From Auanema rhodensis (lineage: Eukaryota > Animalia > Nematoda), in assembly GCA_964057225.1 (NCBI GenBank), contig CAXKVF010000082.1:309411-373410 (forward strand): DNA of 64,000 bases, in the 5' to 3' direction. Positions within the stretch are counted from its first letter, which is position 1; each line of letters begins with the position of its first letter. The translations under genes and the position numbers were made by a program. Below the pieces are notes generated by a model. It was not told where the DNA came from. It was given only the letters and a program-made list of their open reading frames with translations, and did not search any database. This document shows positions 9,329 through 24,800 of this stretch, piece by piece.

Positions 9329-12300
9329 CATACCAAGTGCACATCACGTGTACATTTAATTAGCATAAATTAAAGTTCACGTAAATTTCAAAGTCATGGT
9401 TACCATGAAGCAATATCAATAAAAATTTGTTTTTAGACTAATATGGACATGGGGAATCTAATTTTAAAAACCGCATCTCTTTATCTTTCACGTGAAGCGA
9501 GTTACATACCAAGTGCACATCATGTGTACATTTAATTAGCATAAATTAAAGTTCACGTAAAATTCAAAGTCATGGTTACCATGCACCAATATCAATAAAA
9601 ATTTGTTTTTAGACTAATATGGACATGGGGAATCTAATTTTGAAAACCGCATCTCTTCATCTTTCACGTGAAGCGAGTTACATACCAAGTGCACATCACG
9701 TGTACATTTAATTAGCATAAATTAAAGTTCACGTAAATTTCAAAGTCATGGTTACCATGAAGCAATATCAATAAAAATTTGTTTTTAGACTAATATGGAC
9801 ATGGGGAATCTAATTTTGAAAACCGCATCTCTTTATCTTTCACGTGAAGCGAGTTACATACCAAGTGCACATCACGTGTACATTTAATTAGCATAAATTA
9901 AAGTTCACGTAAATTTCAAAGTCATGGTTACCATGAACCAATATCAATAAAAATTTGTTTTTAGACTAATATGGACATGGGGAATCTAATTTTGAAAACC
10001 GCATCTCTTTATCTTTCACGTGAAGCGAGTTACATACCAAGTGCACATCACGTGTACATTTAATTAGCATAAATTAAAGTTCACGTAAATTTCAAAGTCA
10101 TGGTTACCATGAAGCAATATCAATAAAAATTTGTTTTTAGACTAATATGGACATGGGGAATCTAATTTTGAAAACCGCATCTCTTTATCTTTCACGTGAA
10201 GCGAGTTACATACCAAGTGCACATCACGTGTACATTTAATTAGCATAAATTAAAGTTCACGTAAATTTCAAAGTCATGGTTACCATGAACCAATATCAAT
10301 AAAAATTTGTTTTTAGACTAATATGAACATGGGGAATCTAATTTTGGAAACCGCATCTCTTTATCTTTCACGTGAAGCGAGTTACATACCAAGTGCACAT
10401 CACGTGTACATTTAATTAGCATAAATTAAAGTTCACGTAAATTTCAAAGTCATGGTTACCATGAACCAATATCAATAAAAATTTGTTTTTAGACTAATAT
10501 GGACATGGGGAATCTAATTTTGAAAACCGCATCTCTTTATCTTTCACGTGAAGCGAGTTACATACCAAGTGCACATCACGTGTACATTTAATTAGCATAA
10601 ATTAAAGTTCACGTAAATTTCAAAGTCATGGTTACCATGAAGCAATATCAATAAAAATTTGTTTTTAGACTAATATGGACATGGGGAATCTAATTTTGAA
10701 AACCGCATCTCTTTATCTTTCACGTGAAGCGAGTTACATACCAAGTGCACATCACGTGTACATTTAATTAGCATAAATTAAAGTTCACGTAAATTTCAAA
10801 GTCATGGTTACCATGAACCAATATCAATAAAAATTTGTTTTTAGACTAATATGAACATGGGGAATCTAATTTTGGAAACCGCATCTCTTTATCTTTCACG
10901 TGAAGCGAGTTACATACCAAGTGCACATCACGTGTACATTTAATTAGCATAAATTAAAGTTCACGTAAATTTCAAAGTCATGGTTACCATGAAGCAATAT
11001 CAATAAAAATTTGTTTTTAGACTAATATGGACATGGGGAATCTAATTTTGAAAACCGCATCTCTTTATCTTTCACGTGAAGCGAGTTACATACCAAGTGC
11101 ACATCACGTGTACATTTAATTAGCATAAATTAAAGTTCACGTAAATTTCAAAGTCATGGTTACCATGAACCAATATCAATAAAAATTTGTTTTTAGACTA
11201 ATATGGACATGGGGAATCTAATTTTGAAAACCGCATCTCTTTATCTTTCACGTGAAGCGAGTTACATACCAAGTGCACATCACGTGTACATTTAATTAGC
11301 ATAAATTAAAGTTCACGTAAATTTCAAAGTCATGGTTACCATGAAGCAATATCAATAAAAATTTGTTTTTAGACTAATATGGACATGGGGAATCTAATTT
11401 TGAAAACCGCATCTCTTTATCTTTCACGTGAAGCGAGTTACATACCAAGTGCGCATCACGTGTACATTTAATTAGCATAAATTAAAGTTCACGTAAATTT
11501 CAAAGTCATGGTTACCATGAAGCAATATCAATAAAAATTTGTTTTTAGACTAATATGGACATGGGGAATCTAATTTTGAAAACCGCATCTCTTTATCTTT
11601 CACGTGAAGCGAGTTACATACCAAGTGCGCATCACGTGTACATTTAATTAGCATAAATTAAAGTTCACGTAAATTTCAAAGTCATGGTTACCATGAAGCA
11701 ATATCAATAAAAATTTGTTTTTAGACTAATATGGACATGGGGAATCTAATTTTGAAAACCGCATCTCTTTATCTTTCACGTGAAGCGAGTTACATACCAA
11801 GTGCGCATCACGTGTACATTTAATTAGCATAAATTAAAGTTCACGTAAATTTCAAAGTCATGGTTACCATGAACCAATATCAATAAAAATTTGTTTTTAG
11901 ACTAATATGGACATGGGGAATCTAATTTTGAAAACCGCATCTCTTTATCTTTCACGAGAAGCGAGTTACATACCAAGTGCACATCACGTGTACATTTAAT
12001 TAGCATAAATTAAAGTTCACGTAAAATTCAAAGTCATGGTTACCATGCACCAATATCAATAAAAATTTGTTTTTAGACTAATATGGACATGGGGAATCTA
12101 ATTTTGAAAACCGCATCTCTTTATCTTTCACGTGAAGCGAGTTACATACCAAGTGCACATCACGTGTACATTTAATTAGCATAAATTAAAGTTCACGTAA
12201 ATTTCAAAGTCATGGTTACCATGAAGCAATATCAATAAAAATTTGTTTTTAGACTAATATGGACATGGGGAATCTAATTTTGAAAACCGCATCTCTTTAT

Positions 12301-15300
12301 CTTTCACGTGAAGCGAGTTACATACCAAGTGCGCATCACGTGTACATTTAATTAGCATAAATTAAAGTTCACGTAAATTTCAAAGTCATGGTTACCATGA
12401 ACCAATATCAATAAAAATTTGTTTTGAGACTAATATGGACATGGGGAATCTAATTTTGAAAACCGCATCTCTTTATCTTTCACGAGAAGCGAGTTACATA
12501 CCAAGTGCACATCACGTGTACATTTAATTAGCATAAATTAAAGTTCACGTAAAATTCAAAGTCATGGTTACCATGCACCAATATCAATAAAAATTTGTTG
12601 TTAGACTAATATGGACATGGGGAATCTAATTTTGAAAACCGCATCTCTTTATCTTTCACGTGAAGCGAGTTACATACCAAGTGCACATCACGTGTACATT
12701 TAATTAGCATAAATTAAAGTTCACGTAAATTTCAAAGTCATGGTTACCATGAACCAATATCAATAAAAATTTGTTTTTAGACTAATATGGACATGGGGAA
12801 TCTAATTTTGAAAACCGCATCTCTTTATCTTTCACGAGAAGCGAGTTACATACCAAGTGCACATCACGTGTACATTTAATTAGCATAAATTAAAGTTCAC
12901 GTAAAATTCAAAGTCATGGTTACCATGCACCAATATCAATAAAAATTTGTTTTTAGACTAATATGGACATGGGGAATCTAATTTTGAAAACCGCATCTCT
13001 TTATCTTTCACGTGAAGCGAGTTACATACCAAGTGCACATCACGTGTACATTTAATTAGCATAAATTAAAGTTCACGTAAATTTCAAAGTCATGGTTACC
13101 ATGAAGCAATATCAATAAAAATTTGTTTTTAGACTAATATGGACATGGGGAATCTAATTTTGAAAACCGCATCTCTTTATCTTTCACGTGAAGCGAGTTA
13201 CATACCAAGTGCACATCACGTGTACATTTAATTAGCATAAATTAAAGTTCACGTAAATTTCAAAGTCATGGTTACCATTAACCAATATCAATAAAAATTT
13301 GTTTTTAGACTAATATGGACATGGGGAATATAATTTTGAAAACCGCATCTCTTTATCTTTCACGTGAAGCGAGTTACATACCAAGTGCACATCACGTGTA
13401 CATTTAATTAGCATAAATTAAAGTTCACGTAAATTTCAAAGTCATGGTTACCATGAAGCAATATCAATAAAAATTTGTTTTTAGACTAATATGGACATGG
13501 GGAATCTAATTTTGAAAACCGCATCTCTTTATCTTTCACGTGAAGCGAGTTACATACCAAGTGCACATCACGTGTACATTTAATTAGCATAAATTAAAGT
13601 TCACGTAAATTTCAAAGTCATGGTTACCATGAACCAATATCAATAAAAATTTGTTTTTAGACTAATATGGACATGGGGAATCTAATTTTGAAAACCGCAT
13701 CTCTTTATCTTTCACGTGAAGCGAGTTACATACCAAGTGCACATCACGTGTACATTTAATTAGCATAAATTAAAGTTCACGTAAAATTCAAAGTCATGGT
13801 TACCATGCACCAATATCAATAAAAATTTGTTTTTAGACTAATATGGACATGGGGAATCTAATTTTGAAAACCGCATCTCTTTATCTTTCACGTGAAGCGA
13901 GTTACATACCAAGTGCACATCACGTGTACATTTAATTAGCATAAATTAAAGTTCACGTAAATTTCAAAGTCATGGTTACCATGAACCAATATCAATAAAA
14001 ATTTGTTTTTAGACTAATATGAACATGGGGAATCTAATTTTGGAAACCGCATCTCTTTATCTTTCACGTGAAGCGAGTTACATACCAAGTGCACATCACG
14101 TGTACATTTAATTAGCATAAATTAAAGTTCACGTAAATTTCAAAGTCATGGTTACCATGAACCAATATCAATAAAAATTTGTTTTTAGACTAATATGGAC
14201 ATGGGGAATCTAATTTTGAAAACCGCATCTCTTTATCTTTCACGAGAAGCGAGTTACATACCAAGTGCACATCACGTGTACATTTAATTAGCATAAATTA
14301 AAGTTCACGTAAAATTCAAAGTCATGGTTACCATGCACCAATATCAATAAAAATTTGTTTTTAGACTAATATGGACATGGGGAATCTAATTTTGAAAACC
14401 GCATCTCTTTATCTTTCACGTGAAGCGAGTTACATACCAAGTGCACATCTCGTGTACATTTAATTAGCATAAATTAAAGTTCACGTAAATTTCAAAGTCA
14501 TGGTTACCATGCACCAATATCAATAAAAATTTGTTTTTAGACTAATATGGACATGGGGAATCTAATTTTGGAAACCGCATCTCTTTATCTTTCACGTGAA
14601 GCGAGTTACATACCAAGTGCACATCACGTGTACATTTAATTAGCATAAATTAAAGTTCACGTAAATTTCAAAGTCATGGTTACCATGAACCAATATCAAT
14701 AAAAATTTGTTTTTAGACTAATATGAACATGGGGAATCTAATTTTGGAAACCGCATCTCTTTATCTTTCACGTGAAGCGAGTTACATACCAAGTGCACAT
14801 CACGTGTACATTTAATTAGCATAAATTAAAGTTCACGTAAATTTCAAAGTCATGGTTACCATGAACCAATATCAATAAAAATTTGTTTTTAGACTAATAT
14901 GGACATGGGGAATCTAATTTTGAAAACCGCATCTCTTTATCTTTCACGTGAAGCGAGTTACATACCAAGTGCACATCACGTGTACATTTAATTAGCATAA
15001 ATTAAAGTTCACGTAAATTTCAAAGTCATGGTTACCATGAAGCAATATCAATAAAAATTTGTTTTTAGACTAATATGGACATGGGGAATCTAATTTTGAA
15101 AACCGAATCTCTTTATCTTTCACGTGAAGCGAGTTACATACCAAGTGCACATCACGTGTACATTTAATTAGCATAAATTAAAGTTCACGTAAATTTCAAA
15201 GTCATGGTTACCATTAACCAATATCAATAAAAATTTGTTTTTAGACTAATATGGACATGGGGAATATAATTTTGAAAACCGCATCTCTTTATCTTTCACG

Positions 15301-15312
15301 TGAAGCGAGTTA
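9329..15312. repeat. Large higher-order cassette, copy A (m54-87)
   Basis: Ordered haplotype series starting with G138A then the C19T+T58A+A80C+T154C monomer at 9505. The series recurs at 21825 and 34673. Confidence 0.8.
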
Positions 15313-16896
15313 CATACCAAGTGCGCATCACGTGTACATTTAATTAGCATAAATTAAAGTTCACGTAAATTTCAAAGTCATGGTTACCATGAACCAATAT
15401 CAATAAAAATTTGTTTTTAGACTAATATGGACATGGGGAATCTAATTTTGAAAACCGCATCTCTTTATCTTTCACGTGAAGCGAGTTACATACCAAGTGC
15501 ACATCACGTGTACATTTAATTAGCATAAATTAAAGTTCACGTAAATTTCAAAGTCATGGTTACCATGAACCAATATCAATAAAAATTTGTTTTTAGACTA
15601 ATATGGACATGGGGAATCTAATTTTGAAAACCGCATCTCTTTATCTTTCACGTGAAGCGAGTTACATACCAAGTGCACATCACGTGTACATTTAATTAGC
15701 ATAAATTAAAGTTCACGTAAAATTCAAAGTCATGGTTACCATGCACCAATATCAATAAAAATTTGTTTTTAGACTAATATGGACATGGGGAATCTAATTT
15801 TGAAAACCGCATCTCTTTATCTTTCACGTGAAGCGAGTTACATACCAAGTGCACATCACGTGTACATTTAATTAGCATAAATTAAAGTTCACGTAAATTT
15901 CAAAGTCATGGTTACCATGAACCAATATCAATAAAAATTTGTTTTTAGACTAATATGGACATGGGGAATCTAATTTTGAAAACCGCATCTCTTTATCTTT
16001 CACGTGAAGCGAGTTACATACCAAGTGCACATCACGTGTACATTTAATTAGCATAAATTAAAGTTCACGTAAATTTCAAAGTCATGGTTACCATGAAGCA
16101 ATATCAATAAAAATTTGTTTTTAGACTAATATGGACATGGGGAATCTAATTTTGAAAACCGAATCTCTTTATCTTTCACGTGAAGCGAGTTACATACCAA
16201 GTGCACATCACGTGTACATTTAATTAGCATAAATTAAAGTTCACGTAAATTTCAAAGTCATGGTTACCATTAACCAATATCAATAAAAATTTGTTTTTAG
16301 ACTAATATGGACATGGGGAATATAATTTTGAAAACCGCATCTCTTTATCTTTCACGTGAAGCGAGTTACATACCAAGTGCGCATCACGTGTACATTTAAT
16401 TAGCATAAATTAAAGTTCACGTAAATTTCAAAGTCATGGTTACCATGAACCAATATCAATAAAAATTTGTTTTTAGACTAATATGGACATGGGGAATCTA
16501 ATTTTGAAAACCGCATCTCTTTATCTTTCACGTGAAGCGAGTTACATACCAAGTGCACATCACGTGTACATTTAATTAGCATAAATTAAAGTTCACGTAA
16601 ATTTCAAAGTCATGGTTACCATGAACCAATATCAATAAAAATTTGTTTTTAGACTAATATGGACATGGGGAATCTAATTTTGAAAACCGCATCTCTTTAT
16701 CTTTCACGTGAAGCGAGTTACATACCAAGTGCACATCACGTGTACATTTAATTAGCATAAATTAAAGTTCACGTAAAATTCAAAGTCATGGTTACCATGC
16801 ACCAATATCAATAAAAATTTGTTTTTAGACTAATATGGACATGGGGAATCTAATTTTGAAAACCGCATCTCTTTATCTTTCACGTGAAGCGAGTTA
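14785..16896. repeat. Tandem 6-monomer (1056 bp) duplication
   Basis: m85-90 and m91-96 both read: consensus; C82G+C146A; G79T+C130A; A13G; consensus; T58A+A80C. Confidence 0.9.
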
Positions 16897-19800
16897 CATA
16901 CCAAGTGCACATCACGTGTACATTTAATTAGCATAAATTAAAGTTCACGTAAATTTCAAAGTCATGGTTACCATGAACCAATATCAATAAAAATTTGTTT
17001 TTAGACTAATATGGACATGGGGAATCTAATTTTGAAAACCGCATCTCTTTATCTTTCACGTGAAGCGAGTTACATACCAAGTGCACATCACGTGTACATT
17101 TAATTAGCATAAATTAAAGTTCACGTAAATTTCAAAGTCATGGTTACCATGAAGCAATATCAATAAAAATTTGTTTTTAGACTAATATGGACATGGGGAA
17201 TCTAATTTTGAAAACCGCATCTCTTTATCTTTCACGTGAAGCGAGTTACATACCAAGTGCGCATCACGTGTACATTTAATTAGCATAAATTAAAGTTCAC
17301 GTAAATTTCAAAGTCATGGTTACCATGAACCAATATCAATAAAAATTTGTTTTTAGACTAATATGGACATGGGGAATCTAATTTTGAAAACCGCATCTCT
17401 TTATCTTTCACGAGAAGCGAGTTACATACCAAGTGCACATCACGTGTACATTTAATTAGCATAAATTAAAGTTCACGTAAAATTCAAAGTCATGGTTACC
17501 ATGCACCAATATCAATAAAAATTTGTTTTTAGACTAATATGGACATGGGGAATCTAATTTTGAAAACCGCATCTCTTTATCTTTCACGTGAAGCGAGTTA
17601 CATACCAAGTGCACATCACGTGTACATTTAATTAGCATAAATTAAAGTTCACGTAAATTTCAAAGTCATGGTTACCATGAACCAATATCAATAAAAATTT
17701 GTTTTTAGACTAATATGGACATGGGGAATCTAATTTTGAAAACCGCATCTCTTTATCTTTCACGTGAAGCGAGTTACATACCAAGTGCACATCACGTGTA
17801 CATTTAATTAGCATAAATTAAAGTTCACGTAAATTTCAAAGTCATGGTTACCATGAACCAATATCAATAAAAATTTGTTTTTAGACTAATATGGACATGG
17901 GGAATCTAATTTTGAAAACCGCATCTCTTTATCTTTCACGTGAAGCGAGTTACATACCAAGTGCACATCACGTGTACATTTAATTAGCATAAATTAAAGT
18001 TCACGTAAATTTCAAAGTCATGGTTACCATGAACCAATATCAATAAAAATTTGTTTTTAGACTAATATGGACATGGGGAATCTAATTTTGAAAACCGCAT
18101 CTCTTTATCTTTCACGTGAAGCGAGTTACATACCAAGTGCACATCACGTGTACATTTAATTAGCATAAATTAAAGTTCACGTAAATTTCAAAGTCATTGT
18201 TACCATGAAGCAATATCAAAAAAAATTTGTTTTTAGACTAATATGGACATGGGGAATCTAATTTTGAAAACCGCATCTCTTTATCTTTCACGTGAAGCGA
18301 GTTACATACCAAGTGCACATCACGTGTACATTTAATTAGCATAAATTAAAGTTCACGTAAATTTCAAAGTCATGGTTACCATGAACCAATATCAATAAAA
18401 ATTTGTTTTTAGACTAATATGAACATGGGGAATCTAATTTTGGAAACCGCATCTCTTTATCTTTCACGTGAAGCGAGTTACATACCAAGTGCACATCACG
18501 TGTACATTTAATTAGCATAAATTAAAGTTCACGTAAATTTCAAAGTCATGGTTACCATGAACCAATATCAATAAAAATTTGTTTTTAGACTAATATGGAC
18601 ATGGGGAATCTAATTTTGAAAACCGCATCTCTTTATCTTTCACGTGAAGCGAGTTACATACCAAGTGCACATCACGTGTACATTTAATTAGCATAAATTA
18701 AAGTTCACGTAAATTTCAAAGTCATGGTTACCATGAAGCAATATCAATAAAAATTTGTTTTTAGACTAATATGGACATGGGGAATCTAATTTTGAAAACC
18801 GCATCTCTTTATCTTTCACGTGAAGCGAGTTACATACCAAGTGCACATCACGTGTACATTTAATTAGCATAAATTAAAGTTCACGTAAATTTCAAAGTCA
18901 TGGTTACCATGAACCAATATCAATAAAAATTTGTTTTTAGACTAATATGAACATGGGGAATCTAATTTTGGAAACCGCATCTCTTTATCTTTCACGTGAA
19001 GCGAGTTACATACCAAGTGCGCATCACGTGTACATTTAATTAGCATAAATTAAAGTTCACGTAAATTTCAAAGTCATGGTTACCATGAACCAATATCAAT
19101 AAAAATTTGTTTTTAGACTAATATGGACATGGGGAATCTAATTTTGAAAACCGCATCTCTTTATCTTTCACGTGAAGCGAGTTACATACCAAGTGCACAT
19201 CACGTGTACATTTAATTAGCATAAATTAAAGTTCACGTAAATTTCAAAGTCATGGTTACCATGAACCAATATCAATACAAATTTGTTTTTAGACTAATAT
19301 GAACATGGGGAATCTAATTTTGGAAACCGCATCTCTTTATCTTTCACGTGAAGCGAGTTACATACCAAGTGCACATCACGTGTACATTTAATTAGCATAA
19401 ATTAAAGTTCACGTAAATTTCAAAGTCATGGTTACCATGAAGCAATATCAATAAAAATTTGTTTTTAGACTAATATGGACATGGGGAATCTAATTTTGAA
19501 AACCGCATCTCTTTATCTTTCACGTGAAGCGAGTTACATACCAAGTGCACATCACGTGTACATTTAATTAGCATAAATTAAAGTTCACGTAAATTTCAAA
19601 GTCATGGTTACCATGAACCAATATCAATAAAAATTTGTTTTTAGACTAATATGGACATGGGGAATCTAATTTTGAAAACCGCATCTCTTTATCTTTCACG
19701 TGAAGCGAGTTACATACCAAGTGCACATCACGTGTACATTTAATTAGCATAAATTAAAGTTCACGTAAATTTCAAAGTCATGGTTACCATGAAGCAATAT

Positions 19801-21824
19801 CAATAAAAATTTGTTTTTAGACTAATATGGACATGGGGAATCTAATTTTGAAAACCGCATCTCTTTATCTTTCACGTGAAGCGAGTTACATACCAAGTGC
19901 GCATCACGTGTACATTTAATTAGCATAAATTAAAGTTCACGTAAATTTCAAAGTCATGGTTACCATGAACCAATATCAATAAAAATTTGTTTTTAGACTA
20001 ATATGGACATGGGGAATCTAATTTTGAAAACCGCATCTCTTTATCTTTCACGAGAAGCGAGTTACATACCAAGTGCACATCACGTGTACATTTAATTAGC
20101 ATAAATTAAAGTTCACGTAAATTTCAAAGTCATGGTTACCATGCACCAATATCAATAAAAATTTGTTTTTAGACTAATATGGACATGGGGAATCTAATTT
20201 TGAAAACCGCATCTCTTTATCTTTCACGTGAAGCGAGTTACATACCAAGTGCACATCACGTGTACATTTAATTAGCATAAATTAAAGTTCACGTAAATTT
20301 CAAAGTCATGGTTACCATGAACCAATATCAATAAAAATTTGTTTTTAGACTAATATGGACATGGGGAATCTAATTTTGAAAACCGCATCTCTTTATCTTT
20401 CACGTGAAGCGAGTTACATACCAAGTGCACATCACGTGTACATTTAATTAGCATAAATTAAAGTTCACGTAAATTTCAAAGTCATGGTTACCATGAAGCA
20501 ATATCAATAAAAATTTGTTTTTAGACTAATATGGACATGGGGAATCTAATTTTGAAAACCGCATCTCTTTATCTTTCACGTGAAGCGAGTTACATACCAA
20601 GTGCGCATCACGTGTACATTTAATTAGCATAAATTAAAGTTCACGTAAATTTCAAAGTCATGGTTACCATGAACCAATATCAATAAAAATTTGTTTTGAG
20701 ACTAATATGGACATGGGGAATCTAATTTTGAAAACCGCATCTCTTTATCTTTCACGTGAAGCGAGTTACATACCAAGTGCACATCACGTGTACATTTAAT
20801 TAGCATAAATTAAAGTTCACGTAAATTTCAAAGTCATGGTTACCATGAAGCAATATCAATAAAAATTTGTTTTTAGACTAATATGGACATGGGGAATCTA
20901 ATTTTGAAAACCGCATCTCTTTATCTTTCACGTGAAGCGAGTTACATACCAAGTGCGCATCACGTGTACATTTAATTAGCATAAATTAAAGTTCACGTAA
21001 ATTTCAAAGTCATGGTTACCATGAACCAATATCAATAAAAATTTGTTTTTAGACTAATATGGACATGGGGAATCTAATTTTGAAAACCGCATCTCTTTAT
21101 CTTTCACGAGAAGCGAGTTACATACCAAGTGCACATCACGTGTACATTTAATTAGCATAAATTAAAGTTCACGTAAAATTCAAAGTCATGGTTACCATGC
21201 ACCAATATCAATAAAAATTTGTTTTTAGACTAATATGGACATGGGGAATCTAATTTTGAAAACCGCATCTCTTTATCTTTCACGTGAAGCGAGTTACATA
21301 CCAAGTGCACATCACGTGTACATTTAATTAGCATAAATTAAAGTTCACGTAAATTTCAAAGTCATGGTTACCATGAACCAATATCAATAAAAATTTGTTT
21401 TTAGACTAATATGGACATGGGGAATCTAATTTTGAAAACCGCATCTCTTTATCTTTCACGTGAAGCGAGTTACATACCAAGTGCACATCACGTGTACATT
21501 TAATTAGCATAAATTAAAGTTCACGTAAATTTCAAAGTCATGGTTACCATGAACCAATATCAATAAAAATTTGTTTTTAGACTAATATGGACATGGGGAA
21601 TCTAATTTTGAAAACCGCATCTCTTTATCTTTCACGTGAAGCGAGTTACATACCAAGTGCACATCACGTGTACATTTAATTAGCATAAATTAAAGTTCAC
21701 GTAAATTTCAAAGTCATGGTTACCATGAACCAATATCAATAAAAATTTGTTTTTAGACTAATATGGACATGGGGAATCTAATTTTGAAAACCGCATCTCT
21801 TTATCTTTCACGTGAAGCGAGTTA

Positions 21825-24800
21825 CATACCAAGTGCACATCACGTGTACATTTAATTAGCATAAATTAAAGTTCACGTAAATTTCAAAGTCATTGTTACC
21901 ATGAAGCAATATCAAAAAAAATTTGTTTTTAGACTAATATGGACATGGGGAATCTAATTTTAAAAACCGCATCTCTTTATCTTTCACGTGAAGCGAGTTA
22001 CATACCAAGTGCACATCATGTGTACATTTAATTAGCATAAATTAAAGTTCACGTAAAATTCAAAGTCATGGTTACCATGCACCAATATCAATAAAAATTT
22101 GTTTTTAGACTAATATGGACATGGGGAATCTAATTTTGAAAACCGCATCTCTTCATCTTTCACGTGAAGCGAGTTACATACCAAGTGCACATCACGTGTA
22201 CATTTAATTAGCATAAATTAAAGTTCACGTAAATTTCAAAGTCATGGTTACCATGAAGCAATATCAATAAAAATTTGTTTTTAGACTAATATGGACATGG
22301 GGAATCTAATTTTGAAAACCGCATCTCTTTATCTTTCACGTGAAGCGAGTTACATACCAAGTGCACATCACGTGTACATTTAATTAGCATAAATTAAAGT
22401 TCACGTAAATTTCAAAGTCATGGTTACCATGAACCAATATCAATAAAAATTTGTTTTTAGACTAATATGGACATGGGGAATCTAATTTTGAAAACCGCAT
22501 CTCTTTATCTTTCACGTGAAGCGAGTTACATACCAAGTGCACATCACGTGTACATTTAATTAGCATAAATTAAAGTTCACGTAAATTTCAAAGTCATGGT
22601 TACCATGAAGCAATATCAATAAAAATTTGTTTTTAGACTAATATGGACATGGGGAATCTAATTTTGAAAACCGCATCTCTTTATCTTTCACGTGAAGCGA
22701 GTTACATACCAAGTGCACATCACGTGTACATTTAATTAGCATAAATTAAAGTTCACGTAAATTTCAAAGTCATGGTTACCATGAACCAATATCAATAAAA
22801 ATTTGTTTTTAGACTAATATGAACATGGGGAATCTAATTTTGGAAACCGCATCTCTTTATCTTTCACGTGAAGCGAGTTACATACCAAGTGCACATCACG
22901 TGTACATTTAATTAGCATAAATTAAAGTTCACGTAAATTTCAAAGTCATGGTTACCATGAACCAATATCAATAAAAATTTGTTTTTAGACTAATATGGAC
23001 ATGGGGAATCTAATTTTGAAAACCGCATCTCTTTATCTTTCACGTGAAGCGAGTTACATACCAAGTGCACATCACGTGTACATTTAATTAGCATAAATTA
23101 AAGTTCACGTAAATTTCAAAGTCATGGTTACCATGAAGCAATATCAATAAAAATTTGTTTTTAGACTAATATGGACATGGGGAATCTAATTTTGAAAACC
23201 GCATCTCTTTATCTTTCACGTGAAGCGAGTTACATACCAAGTGCACATCACGTGTACATTTAATTAGCATAAATTAAAGTTCACGTAAATTTCAAAGTCA
23301 TGGTTACCATGAACCAATATCAATAAAAATTTGTTTTTAGACTAATATGAACATGGGGAATCTAATTTTGGAAACCGCATCTCTTTATCTTTCACGTGAA
23401 GCGAGTTACATACCAAGTGCACATCACGTGTACATTTAATTAGCATAAATTAAAGTTCACGTAAATTTCAAAGTCATGGTTACCATGAAGCAATATCAAT
23501 AAAAATTTGTTTTTAGACTAATATGGACATGGGGAATCTAATTTTGAAAACCGCATCTCTTTATCTTTCACGTGAAGCGAGTTACATACCAAGTGCACAT
23601 CACGTGTACATTTAATTAGCATAAATTAAAGTTCACGTAAATTTCAAAGTCATGGTTACCATGAACCAATATCAATAAAAATTTGTTTTTAGACTAATAT
23701 GGACATGGGGAATCTAATTTTGAAAACCGCATCTCTTTATCTTTCACGTGAAGCGAGTTACATACCAAGTGCACATCACGTGTACATTTAATTAGCATAA
23801 ATTAAAGTTCACGTAAATTTCAAAGTCATGGTTACCATGAAGCAATATCAATAAAAATTTGTTTTTAGACTAATATGGACATGGGGAATCTAATTTTGAA
23901 AACCGCATCTCTTTATCTTTCACGTGAAGCGAGTTACATACCAAGTGCGCATCACGTGTACATTTAATTAGCATAAATTAAAGTTCACGTAAATTTCAAA
24001 GTCATGGTTACCATGAACCAATATCAATAAAAATTTGTTTTTAGACTAATATGGACATGGGGAATCTAATTTTGAAAACCGCATCTCTTTATCTTTCACG
24101 AGAAGCGAGTTACATACCAAGTGCACATCACGTGTACATTTAATTAGCATAAATTAAAGTTCACGTAAAATTCAAAGTCATGGTTACCATGCACCAATAT
24201 CAATAAAAATTTGTTTTTAGACTAATATGGACATGGGGAATCTAATTTTGAAAACCGCATCTCTTTATCTTTCACGTGAAGCGAGTTACATACCAAGTGC
24301 ACATCACGTGTACATTTAATTAGCATAAATTAAAGTTCACGTAAATTTCAAAGTCATGGTTACCATGAACCAATATCAATAAAAATTTGTTTTTAGACTA
24401 ATATGGACATGGGGAATCTAATTTTGAAAACCGCATCTCTTTATCTTTCACGTGAAGCGAGTTACATACCAAGTGCACATCACGTGTACATTTAATTAGC
24501 ATAAATTAAAGTTCACGTAAATTTCAAAGTCATGGTTACCATGAACCAATATCAATAAAAATTTGTTTTTAGACTAATATGGACATGGGGAATCTAATTT
24601 TGAAAACCGCATCTCTTTATCTTTCACGTGAAGCGAGTTACATACCAAGTGCACATCACGTGTACATTTAATTAGCATAAATTAAAGTTCACGTAAATTT
24701 CAAAGTCATGGTTACCATGAACCAATATCAATAAAAATTTGTTTTTAGACTAATATGGACATGGGGAATCTAATTTTGAAAACCGCATCTCTTTATCTTT

